A stretch of DNA of 64,000 bases from Phycisphaerae bacterium (GTDB lineage Bacteria > Planctomycetota > Phycisphaerae > UBA1845 > Fen-1342): positions 32,001 through 96,000 of the forward strand of contig JASFQK010000006.1 in the NCBI GenBank assembly GCA_050115495.1, written 5' to 3'. Positions 56,130 to 64,000 of the stretch are shown here, piece after piece. The position numbers were made by a program, and so were the translations under genes. Within the stretch, counting starts at the first letter, position 1, and each line of letters opens with the position of its first letter. The notes below the pieces were generated by a model that worked only from the letters and a program-made list of their open reading frames with translations, did not search any database and was not told the DNA's origin.

Positions 56130-57989
56130 ATGGGTATTCTGCGCGATATTGCGAAGTGGCTTTGGCGGCTCCTGCCCGGTAACCCGATCCTCGTTCGCGT
56201 TGTCGCCATGGGCAGCAAGCGCACGCGGCACCTCTGGGCGCGGCTGATCTACCTCGTCGCCCTGTTCGTCGTCCTGCTCGTGGCCGGCACCGGCATGCTG
56301 CAAAGCGCCCAGGGCCGCTCGCTCGCCGAATTGGCCAAGAACTCCACCCAGACCTTCATCTGGGTCAGCCTCGTGCAGCTCTTCCTGATGTGCTTCATCG
56401 CCCCGGTCTTCTGCGCCGGCGCCATCACGCAGGAGAAAGACGCCAACACATTCCACATCCTGCTCACCACGCCAATGACCAACGGGCAGATCGTCCTCGG
56501 CTCGCTGCTCAGCCGCATCTACTTCGTCTGGGTGCTCCTGCTGGCCGGCCTGCCCATCTTCTGTATTACCATGATCTACGGCGGCGTCACCACCTCCGAG
56601 ATCTTCCAGAGCTTCGGCCTCGCCGCCTGCACCGGTCTGCTCACCGGCTCCATCGCCATCACCATCAGCTTCCTGCGCATCGGCACCCGGCGGACCATCT
56701 TCGCCTTCTTCGCCGGCATTGCCGTCTACCTCCTGGCCCTGGCCGCCATCGGCCTGAGCCCTTACGGCCAACTAACCGAAGGAACGCCCGGCACGAACTT
56801 CCTCGGCACCGGCCTCCAGCGCCGAATGAGCTGGCTGGCCCCCGTGCACCCGTTCCTCGCCCTCTTCGCCGTCACCGGGCAGACCCCCGCGCCGTCCGCC
56901 GCCGACGTCTACCACTACGGCTGGCCCTGGCGCTGGCTGCTGGCCCAGCCGCAATACGGCTACATGGCGGTCACCACGCTCGCCTCGATCATCATGGTCG
57001 TCCTCAGCCTCGTCTTCGTCCGCGGCGGCGCCCGCGAAGGCGAAACGACCTTCTTCACCCGCATCCGCGACTTCTTCGTCCGCCGCCGCAACGGCGGCGA
57101 GCTGCGCCGCCGTCCGCGCCGCGTCTGGCACAACCCGATCGCCTGGCGCGAGGCCGCCACCCGGGCCTCGGCCGGCGGCCAATCGCTGGTCCGCTGGGTC
57201 TTCATCATCGGCGGCACGGCCATGGGCGTCGTCCTGGCCATCGCCCATTACTGGAGCTGGGCCCCCTTCACCGCCACCAACCCCACCACCGCCCGCGAGT
57301 GGCTCACCGTCCTCGTCTGGATCGAATTGGCCGTGGTCCTGTTGGTCGTGACCAACACGGCGGCCACCACGCTCACGCGCGAGAAAGAGTCGCTCACCAT
57401 CGAGCTCCTCCTCTCCACGCCGCTGACGAGCCAGTACATCATCGCCGGCATGCTGCGCGGCCTGGTGAGCTTCGCCCTGCCGCTGATCGCCGTACCGACC
57501 GCCACGCTGACGATCTTCGCCGTGAGCGGACTGATAACGACGGGCCGTTACCCGGAAGTGATCACACCGGAATCCTGCCTACTGGCCCCGCTGCTGATGG
57601 TGGCTTACACCGCGATGGCGGCCATGGTGGGCCTGCAATTCTCGCTGATGTCGAAGAAGACGGTGCAAGCCGTGATGAGCAGCACCGCGGTCGTCATGGG
57701 CGCCGCGGGCCTGCTGTGGGCCTGCGGGCTGGCGATCATGCAGGCCGGCCCCGTCACCGCCGCCGTCATTCTGCCCTTCACGCCCTTCCCGGCGATGCTG
57801 ACCCTGACCGATTTCGAGCGTGCCTTCGACCCCCTCAGCCAGGCCAGCACGCACGTGCTCGCCTCGGCCCGCGTGACGCGCGTGCTCTTCAGCCTAGCCT
57901 CAGCCGGCGTCTACCTGGCCATCACGTACGCTGTGTACAAGAGCATGGTGCGCGGCTTCGACATGACCGTCCGCCGCCAGTCGGCGTAG
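56130..57989 (+). CDS. ABC-2 type permease (internally duplicated)
   Basis: AITQEKDANTFHILLTTP and TLTREKESLTIELLLSTP repeated motifs; NPILVR and NPIAWRE starts; many TMs. Confidence 0.88.
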   Translation: MGILRDIAKWLWRLLPGNPILVRVVAMGSKRTRHLWARLIYLVALFVVLLVAGTGMLQSAQGRSLAELAKNSTQTFIWVSLVQLFLMCFIAPVFCAGAITQEKDANTFHILLTTPMTNGQIVLGSLLSRIYFVWVLLLAGLPIFCITMIYGGVTTSEIFQSFGLAACTGLLTGSIAITISFLRIGTRRTIFAFFAGIAVYLLALAAIGLSPYGQLTEGTPGTNFLGTGLQRRMSWLAPVHPFLALFAVTGQTPAPSAADVYHYGWPWRWLLAQPQYGYMAVTTLASIIMVVLSLVFVRGGAREGETTFFTRIRDFFVRRRNGGELRRRPRRVWHNPIAWREAATRASAGGQSLVRWVFIIGGTAMGVVLAIAHYWSWAPFTATNPTTAREWLTVLVWIELAVVLLVVTNTAATTLTREKESLTIELLLSTPLTSQYIIAGMLRGLVSFALPLIAVPTATLTIFAVSGLITTGRYPEVITPESCLLAPLLMVAYTAMAAMVGLQFSLMSKKTVQAVMSSTAVVMGAAGLLWACGLAIMQAGPVTAAVILPFTPFPAMLTLTDFERAFDPLSQASTHVLASARVTRVLFSLASAGVYLAITYAVYKSMVRGFDMTVRRQSA

Positions 57990-58002
57990 CGCCGGCGCAG
58001 CG

Positions 58003-58608
58003 TCAGCGCATCGGGTAGCGGAACACACCGTCGCGGACGGCCGTGGTCATCTTCGCCGACTGGATCCGGTCGCGCGTGCCCGCCGCCTCCCACTGCTCGA
58101 CACCACCGAGCGTGTTGAAGTAGAAGAAGCGCAGCGTCCACGTCTGGCCATCCTCGGCGACGACCAGCTCCGGATCCTCGCAGTTCTTGGCGAAGGCGGC
58201 GCGCTCCGCCGGCGTGTCGCGCTTCAGCCACGACGGCAGGTAGGGCGTGTGCTTGTCCAGGAACGCCTGACAGCCGACATAGCCCCGCGGCTCGACGGTC
58301 AGCTTGCGGATCGCCTCGGCCAGCTCCGTCGCCGACACGCACATCGGCAGCGGCCCCGCCTGCTCCAACAGCAGCAGCGAGAGCGCGCGGAACTCGTCCC
58401 CGCCATTCAGCCGCCGGGGCTCGGCACCGGAAATGACCCAGAACAGCGCCGGTCGAAAATCGACCGTCCGCGCCCAGATGATCTCCCCAAACTTGATCCA
58501 GGGGAACGCGCTCTCGATCCCCGCAAAGATGAGCTCTTCCGCGGGCAGGCCCAGCGCCTGGGCGGCCTGCTCGGTCACCAGCTTCGTGCTGTCCACCTGG
58601 TCGGGCAT
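58003..58608 (-). CDS. Hypothetical protein, candidate immunity protein
   Basis: 201-aa globular ORF directly downstream of the PAAR-peptidase gene; role inferred from position only. Confidence 0.6.
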   Translation of the reverse strand: MPDQVDSTKLVTEQAAQALGLPAEELIFAGIESAFPWIKFGEIIWARTVDFRPALFWVISGAEPRRLNGGDEFRALSLLLLEQAGPLPMCVSATELAEAIRKLTVEPRGYVGCQAFLDKHTPYLPSWLKRDTPAERAAFAKNCEDPELVVAEDGQTWTLRFFYFNTLGGVEQWEAAGTRDRIQSAKMTTAVRDGVFRYPMR

Positions 58609-58696
58609 GTCGTCTTCCCGCCGGCACCGCCGGCTGACTCAGGGAGCGGCGTCACCGCTGCTCAGGAAACGGAATCCTCTCTGCGCCGCACCGCGA

Positions 58697-60019
58697 TCAT
58701 TCCGGGAACGAGATCATCACCGGGTTGGCCCCGGCCGCGGCCACGCGGTTGTTCCATTCAGCGGAGTTCGTATTGATTTCGCGGCAGCCACCGCGGCCCG
58801 GTATGCCCGGATCGCGAAGCAGCACCGACTGTGAGCCGTCCCGGTTGTCGCGCACGCCGTCGGCAATCACCCAGTGCCCTGGATTGCCCAGGCCGATCAT
58901 GGCCGACCGGCCGCCGCTGGTGGCGTTGCGGATGTCCTCCACGCTCGGATTGTACTGCAACCCGTTGTTGGCCACGCCGTGATCGTTAAGCATCGTCACC
59001 ACGTCGCCATCGTTCGTACCGTTGACCGGGTCGTAGCCGGGCGGATGGCCGCGCGCCGCTGACTCGTTACGCAGCGTCTCTTCACTCACCTCGGTACCCG
59101 TTCGGTCGCGGATGATCATGCTGGTGGTCGCCTGGGCACAGGACATGCCCCGTTCCTGCTGTCGCAGCACGTGGCCGTGGCAGCGCCCCCGGAAGTAGCG
59201 ATAGGCGGCGTAGACCGCCCCCGCCACGAGGCCCGCACCAATGATGGCGAGCCCCACACCGAAGCCACGCCCGTCCTGCTCACCAGCAGCGCCGGCTGCG
59301 GCCCCCTGACTGGCGGCAGCGCCTGCGGCGCCACCACCGGCACCGCCCCCTCCTCCACCGCCCCCGCCGCCGGAGTCGCCGATGTCCACCGTCGCACAAC
59401 CCATCGTAATCGGGTCGGCCCCGCCGCAGGCTTCCATGACCTTGTCGCCCTGCCGTGCAGCCGGCAGCTTGTTGATGAAGACGGAGCTGCTGCCCTGCGT
59501 AACCATGCCGGGTCCGTGCGGCGGAATGGGCACCGGGACCGGGCAGACGTGCATGTCGGCGAGGGCGCCAATGGCGGTCATGGTGGCGATGGCCGCCGTC
59601 GCCGCGACCGCCTTGATCCCCTCGGTATAGGCGTTGTTGGCAGCCGGCTGGCCCCCGGGAACCGCCGATGCGGAAGTCCAGGCGGTGGTCAGCGCAGTGT
59701 TGGTGGAGTTGATCACGGTTGCCTGAGCACTGGCCATGTCGGCTGCCGTCGGTACTCCGGCCGCCGCCGCCACCACCCCGCCCATAACCAGACACGCCGA
59801 GATCTGGGCGACATTCACCGCCGCATTCGCCGGCGTCATCACCGGCGTCTTCATGAACGAGTCCATCGAGTTCGTAATGCCCTCGACCGCGGTCCCCACC
59901 GACGACGGTAGCGCCCGCCAGGCCGGCATGAAGCCGATCGTCACGTCCAGGCTGCCCGGACCAGGATTCAGCGGTGTACCATGACTCGTCGGGTCCGTGA
60001 CACGAGCTGCGAAAGGCAT
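58697..60019 (-). CDS. PAAR-domain protein with helical insertion, Gly linker, TM helix and C-terminal C39/papain-like peptidase
   Basis: FAARVTD, PAWR, H.CP..PPHGPG..GSSSVFINKLPAARQGD; QQERGMSCAQA...GHWVIADG...LRDP; GAGGAG RBS before ATG 60019. Confidence 0.85.
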   Translation of the reverse strand: MPFAARVTDPTSHGTPLNPGPGSLDVTIGFMPAWRALPSSVGTAVEGITNSMDSFMKTPVMTPANAAVNVAQISACLVMGGVVAAAAGVPTAADMASAQATVINSTNTALTTAWTSASAVPGGQPAANNAYTEGIKAVAATAAIATMTAIGALADMHVCPVPVPIPPHGPGMVTQGSSSVFINKLPAARQGDKVMEACGGADPITMGCATVDIGDSGGGGGGGGGGAGGGAAGAAASQGAAAGAAGEQDGRGFGVGLAIIGAGLVAGAVYAAYRYFRGRCHGHVLRQQERGMSCAQATTSMIIRDRTGTEVSEETLRNESAARGHPPGYDPVNGTNDGDVVTMLNDHGVANNGLQYNPSVEDIRNATSGGRSAMIGLGNPGHWVIADGVRDNRDGSQSVLLRDPGIPGRGGCREINTNSAEWNNRVAAAGANPVMISFPE

Positions 60020-60061
60020 GACGGTAACACTCCTCGGCGGGCGAGCCACCCGCCAGCGATA

Positions 60062-60973
60062 TCAGGGTCCAGCCGTCGGCGCCGGGGTCGGAGCCGGCGT
60101 CGGGGTCGTCGGCGCTGCCGCCGGCAGAATGTACTGATGCCGCGTCTGGTAGATCCTCTGGGCCATCAGGTCGATGTTCCGCTGGGTATGCGTGTCGTTC
60201 CAGCCCAGGTTGCCCCGTGCCAAACCGCCGCCGCCACTGCTATGCAGATCCCAGCCTTCACCCTGAAACGGATCGATCTTGTCGTGCATCGCCTCATGAT
60301 AGGCCATGCCCGCCAGCCCGAACCCGTAACGCGTCCGCAGCAACTCGCTGCGGTTCGCGGCCTGATCGATTGACGGCATCGCTCTCAGCATGATATCCGT
60401 GAAGACCTCGCTCACCGAGGTCCCGTTGTTGACCGGCGGCGTGTTGTCCGTATCGGCTACGCAAAGACCGCCCTCGCTCGGCGTAGACCGGCTGGTGATG
60501 TGGACTCGCCGGAGTTCCTGATAGATCTGGCGCAGGTCACCCGTGGTCTGCCGGGCTCGCTCCTGGAGGTAGCGATTGACCACGCCGCGGCTGCTGGGCG
60601 TGGTGCCGCCCCGCGTCGTGTACCAGTCCGAGAAGTAAATGACGATGTCGCGTGTCCCCACCGGCTCGCTCGAGATATCCAGTGTCCAGATCACCTGGAT
60701 CGCGTTGGGCTGACCGGGCCGCGCCGCCACCAGGTCGAAAATGCTCTGCAAGCGGGTCTGGATGCCCTCGGCCATGCCGTTGGCGTCGTTGCAGTCCGGG
60801 GACAGCGGGTCCACCGCCTGGAGCCAGACCTTCAGGGCGTGGGTGTTCAGCGTGGCTCGCGTCGTACCGGGAGCCGTGCAGCGGGCCGGTTGCGCCGGCT
60901 GCGGGACAGGTACCGCCGGGCCGCCACCCGTGCCGCCGCCCCCACCCGCTCCCGGTGAACCGTTCCAACTCAT
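60062..60973 (-). CDS. Hypothetical protein with HExxH zincin-like motif, candidate effector
   Basis: AYHEAMHDK plus downstream LH; Gly/Pro-rich N-terminus; Pro/Thr tail. Confidence 0.65.
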   Translation of the reverse strand: MSWNGSPGAGGGGGTGGGPAVPVPQPAQPARCTAPGTTRATLNTHALKVWLQAVDPLSPDCNDANGMAEGIQTRLQSIFDLVAARPGQPNAIQVIWTLDISSEPVGTRDIVIYFSDWYTTRGGTTPSSRGVVNRYLQERARQTTGDLRQIYQELRRVHITSRSTPSEGGLCVADTDNTPPVNNGTSVSEVFTDIMLRAMPSIDQAANRSELLRTRYGFGLAGMAYHEAMHDKIDPFQGEGWDLHSSGGGGLARGNLGWNDTHTQRNIDLMAQRIYQTRHQYILPAAAPTTPTPAPTPAPTAGP

Positions 60974-61015
60974 CCGCACTGCGCTCCCGCGCGCCGCCGG
61001 GCGGCGCGCTCAACG

Positions 61016-61825
61016 TCAACTCCCGTGCACGTCACGCAGACGATCCCGCGTCTGCTGGTCCGCCTCGCCGGTCTGGTCCAGATTCTCGCGCTGCTGAAAC
61101 TCGCGCAGCGCCGCCCGCGTCCGCTCACCCAGCACACCATCCACGCGCCCCACGTCGAAACCCAAATGCGCCAGCCGGGCCTGGATCCCGCCAGCGCTGT
61201 CGACCGGATCGAGCTGCCCCAGCTCCAGTTCGTACACCTCCCGGTCTGACGCGTCGCTCCGCCCAACCGATAACCGGACCTGCCGGGCGTTGCCGGGAAT
61301 GGGCTCATCCAGCTTGCCGTCGGCGTCGGTCGTGCCCTCGCGACGCTGCCCGTCGAATTCCAGCACGTACGGCTGGTTGGCCCGCGCTTCGTCGTTGCGC
61401 ATCAGCCGCAGCCGCAGCATCGACGGCTCGCCCCGCCGAACGAAACGGTGCCGCATCTCCGACTCGCCGCTCTCCTGCTTCGGCTCCAGCTCCGGCACCT
61501 CAACCTGGTCACCGGGCAGCAGCACGTTTGGATTCTGCCGCGTTTCCTTCAGCTCGGCGTTGGCCGCGTGATCCCAGATCCGCTGCCAGAAATGCCCCGT
61601 ATCCCTGGCGATGCTCGATATGCACTCACCCTGGCGAACCACGCGCTCACCCTGACCGACCGGCTCGGCCGCAGCCGGCGCCTGCTGGCTCTCGCTTTGC
61701 GGCGCCGTCGTCCCGCTGCCGCCAGCAGACGGCTCCGAGCTGGTCCGGGCCTGCTCCAGCCGCCGGCTGAACTCATCGCCGCCCGCAGGGGCCGCTCCGG
61801 ATGGACTGGAATTCGGCGGAGTCAC
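61016..61825 (-). CDS. LysM-like plus PG_binding_1 domain protein
   Basis: VVRQGECISSIA...IWDH..N..L...NPNVLLPGD (LysM-like); GTTDADGKL; GIQARLAHLGF..G.VDG.LG.RTRAALREFQ....L..TGE.D..T. Confidence 0.85.
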   Translation of the reverse strand: MTPPNSSPSGAAPAGGDEFSRRLEQARTSSEPSAGGSGTTAPQSESQQAPAAAEPVGQGERVVRQGECISSIARDTGHFWQRIWDHAANAELKETRQNPNVLLPGDQVEVPELEPKQESGESEMRHRFVRRGEPSMLRLRLMRNDEARANQPYVLEFDGQRREGTTDADGKLDEPIPGNARQVRLSVGRSDASDREVYELELGQLDPVDSAGGIQARLAHLGFDVGRVDGVLGERTRAALREFQQRENLDQTGEADQQTRDRLRDVHGS

Positions 61826-61894
61826 TTGCTGTCCTCTCCGACAAAGCCGGCTGCCGCAGACGTTCGCAGACAGACGTACGTATTACTCAGCATT

Positions 61895-63670
61895 CTACGC
61901 CAACAAGTCTCGATAGCTCTGGGACGGATCCGAGCCGCCGGGCGTCGGATGCACCGGAGGATGCTGCACCTTCTCCCGGGCAGCCTGAATCAGCGCCTGG
62001 ACGCCGGCCTTGGTCATGAACTTGCCACTGGCCTCGTTCATGGTTGGCAGCGGAACGGCCCGCTCGGCATAAAGGTCGCTCCAACTGCTGACGACCAGGC
62101 CGCCGTCCTTGTCAAACACCACGAGCGGTTTCATGTTCCGCGTCGCGCTCGTGGCGTTGGTGATGGCGTCGTCCGTCGTAGTGTACAGCCTGTCGAGGTC
62201 ATCCGGAAACACGTCGTCGGTGGGACCGACCTGCTCAAAGTGAAAGCGCTGCACGCCGAAGACGCTGTATTCCAGCCGGCTGTTGACGTAGCGCCAGCGG
62301 CCCAGGGGGCCGGTGGCTTCGAACGTGTACAACTGGCCCGAAGTCGTGTTCGCTGCCGACTCCTCGACGTACGCCGCACCGTCGAGGGGGTTATAACCCG
62401 TTAGATAACCCTGCCGGGGCATCTGCTCCGAGTTCATCAGCTTGGCCGCCGGGAAGAGCCGAACGATGGCCTCCTCGTGAGAGGCGCGGGACAGGACCGT
62501 GACGTCCGCACCGGCGACGACAGCCCGCGGATCGGCCGGCGCCGCCGGACCGCCGCGGACGCCGTAGCGTTTGACGAAGTGGCTGTGCAGGTCGTTCTGC
62601 CGCCCGTCGACGACGGTGGCGACGCCGTTGGCTCCGTACGGACTGCGGACCTCGAACAGGTAGTGCGTCAGGAAGATCGTGCTGGGGCTGCATGCCCAGG
62701 CCGACGTCAGCATGTGGCTGTCTTGCAGCCGATTCAGGCTGCGCGGCCCCGGAATGTTCTGAGCATGGCCCAACCCCCACGGCCAGTCCTCCGCACTGGG
62801 CAGCGGGTCGGGCAGCTCCGCCGGCGGCGGACCGGCCGTCGTGCCACAGCCCCATCCGTTCGTGCAGATCGCCCAGACGTCGTCGTCACCAGCCCGCTGC
62901 CGCAAATGCCGCGCCATGGGGTTGGCGAATGACCCACCGTAGATCATGCTCCGCGACGCAATCGCGGTCCCGTCCGGACTGGACGAGAAACCCACGCCGA
63001 GCGGCGCGCCGGTCGAGTAGTAGATCCCCACGGCCAGATCCAGCAGAAGCTGGAACTTCATCCCCATCAGGTTGTCGTGCAACTGGTGGTCGCTGGACGG
63101 CGCCCGCCCCGCCTCCTCGAGCGACGTCCCCAGCAGATAGCTGCCCTCACCGTTGAAGTTCAGGTCGGCCAGATCCTCGCGCCCGCAGAGCCGCAGGAAC
63201 TTGAACAGCGGAAACTCGAGCACGTCCCCGGCCACGAAATCGGTCTGCCCCTCCGGATCGACCACTTCCTTGCGCTCATTCAGATTGATCGGCCGGCGCG
63301 CCGTCTGCGACGCTTGGAGCACGCGGAGCGGTCCCTTCCACAACCGCACGTAGTAGAAACCGCTGGCGGCATCGACCGTGTCGTGAATGGGATTCTCGTC
63401 GGTCGACGTGTATGTGATACGAGCCTCGAGGGCGACCGGATGCTCCTCGTCGTAGTCGAACACGGTGGGCCACTGCCCCAGGCGGTGCAGCTCCTCGTCG
63501 TACAGCACGTCTTCCACGTTGTACCACGCGATCATCTTCTGCTTGTACGGCTCGTGACCCAGGCACTGCCGCCAGGCGTCCATCGCCACCCGGTAGTTAA
63601 CCTGGCTGGTCACCACCGCCCGCCGGCAGGGGACGATCCAGTTCAGGTGCTGTTCCCAGGGTTGCGGCAT
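61895..63670 (-). CDS. Hypothetical protein, candidate papain-fold (Cys-His-Glu) effector
   Basis: 591 aa; WACSPSTIFL helix, SHEEAIV and YTFEATG could form a catalytic triad; AGGAG RBS. Confidence 0.6.
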   Translation of the reverse strand: MPQPWEQHLNWIVPCRRAVVTSQVNYRVAMDAWRQCLGHEPYKQKMIAWYNVEDVLYDEELHRLGQWPTVFDYDEEHPVALEARITYTSTDENPIHDTVDAASGFYYVRLWKGPLRVLQASQTARRPINLNERKEVVDPEGQTDFVAGDVLEFPLFKFLRLCGREDLADLNFNGEGSYLLGTSLEEAGRAPSSDHQLHDNLMGMKFQLLLDLAVGIYYSTGAPLGVGFSSSPDGTAIASRSMIYGGSFANPMARHLRQRAGDDDVWAICTNGWGCGTTAGPPPAELPDPLPSAEDWPWGLGHAQNIPGPRSLNRLQDSHMLTSAWACSPSTIFLTHYLFEVRSPYGANGVATVVDGRQNDLHSHFVKRYGVRGGPAAPADPRAVVAGADVTVLSRASHEEAIVRLFPAAKLMNSEQMPRQGYLTGYNPLDGAAYVEESAANTTSGQLYTFEATGPLGRWRYVNSRLEYSVFGVQRFHFEQVGPTDDVFPDDLDRLYTTTDDAITNATSATRNMKPLVVFDKDGGLVVSSWSDLYAERAVPLPTMNEASGKFMTKAGVQALIQAAREKVQHPPVHPTPGGSDPSQSYRDLLA

Positions 63671-63681
63671 CGTCGCTTCTC

Positions 63682-64000
63682 CTAGCGCCCGTACGCATCG
63701 CGCAAGCGATTACGCGTTGCCTCGTCCGGCTCGCCCGTCTGCTCGATCTCCTCGCGAGCCTGAAACGCCGTGATCGCTCGGCGCGTCCGAGGCCCCAAAT
63801 CACCATCCGCCGGCCCGCAGTCGAACCCCAGATTGCTCAGCCGCTGCTGCACGCCCTGCACCGCGCTGAGCGGATCGAGATGCCGGAAGCCGAGCCGGTA
63901 CGTGCGCTGGTTGTTCCCCTCACCCACGCGCACGCGAGCCTCACGAACCCGCGGCGACACCGGGAACTCCAGCTTGCCCTCCGCGTCCGTCGTGCCGCTG
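63682..64000 (-). CDS. C-terminal part of a second PG_binding_1 domain protein, paralog of 61016-61825 (runs off the window)
   Basis: GTTDAEGKL..., HLDPLSAVQGVQQRLSNLGFDCGPADGDLGPRTRRAITAFQ...QTGEPDEATRNRLRDAYGR. Confidence 0.85.
   Translation of the reverse strand, partial: SGTTDAEGKLEFPVSPRVREARVRVGEGNNQRTYRLGFRHLDPLSAVQGVQQRLSNLGFDCGPADGDLGPRTRRAITAFQAREEIEQTGEPDEATRNRLRDAYGR

Overview
GC-rich bacterial chromosome segment. Its gene content (PEP-CTERM proteins, Cys-rich DCNxNGxPDEC/GEVED/dockerin secreted protein, DUF3352-like proteins, type 2 IleRS) suggests Planctomycetota, probably Phycisphaerae; this is inference. Most of the window is housekeeping or envelope genes: ytrA-type GntR with an SPFH gene, a hybrid kinase, S1 protease, SurA-like PPIase, three tRNAs, Rrf2, plsY, nrdR, pyruvoyl arginine decarboxylase with speB, guaA, ubiX/ubiA-like, mgtC, ileS, MATE and an ABC-2 system. 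The main candidates for new biology are five. (1) At 39.8-46.0 kb, an unannotated HTH-like protein is divergent, across phased operator-like repeats, from a 1291-aa dockerin-tailed secreted protein that is followed by a cohesin-like PEP-CTERM anchor: a possible non-cellulosomal cohesin-dockerin surface-display module. (2) At 58-64 kb lies the end of a contractile-injection-type effector array: paralogous PG-binding proteins, a papain-like and an HExxH candidate effector, a PAAR-TM-C39 peptidase fusion and a candidate immunity gene. (3) Two structured RNA candidates bounded by promoter-like and terminator sequences (20.1 kb and 52.4-52.6 kb). (4) nrdR has tandem NrdR boxes on its own promoter and is coupled to an orphan tandem ATP-cone protein. 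(5) An unannotated 29-aa hydrophobic peptide gene follows mgtC. No CRISPR array, rRNA, integrase or transposase was seen. Family assignments come from motif recognition only; no searches were run.
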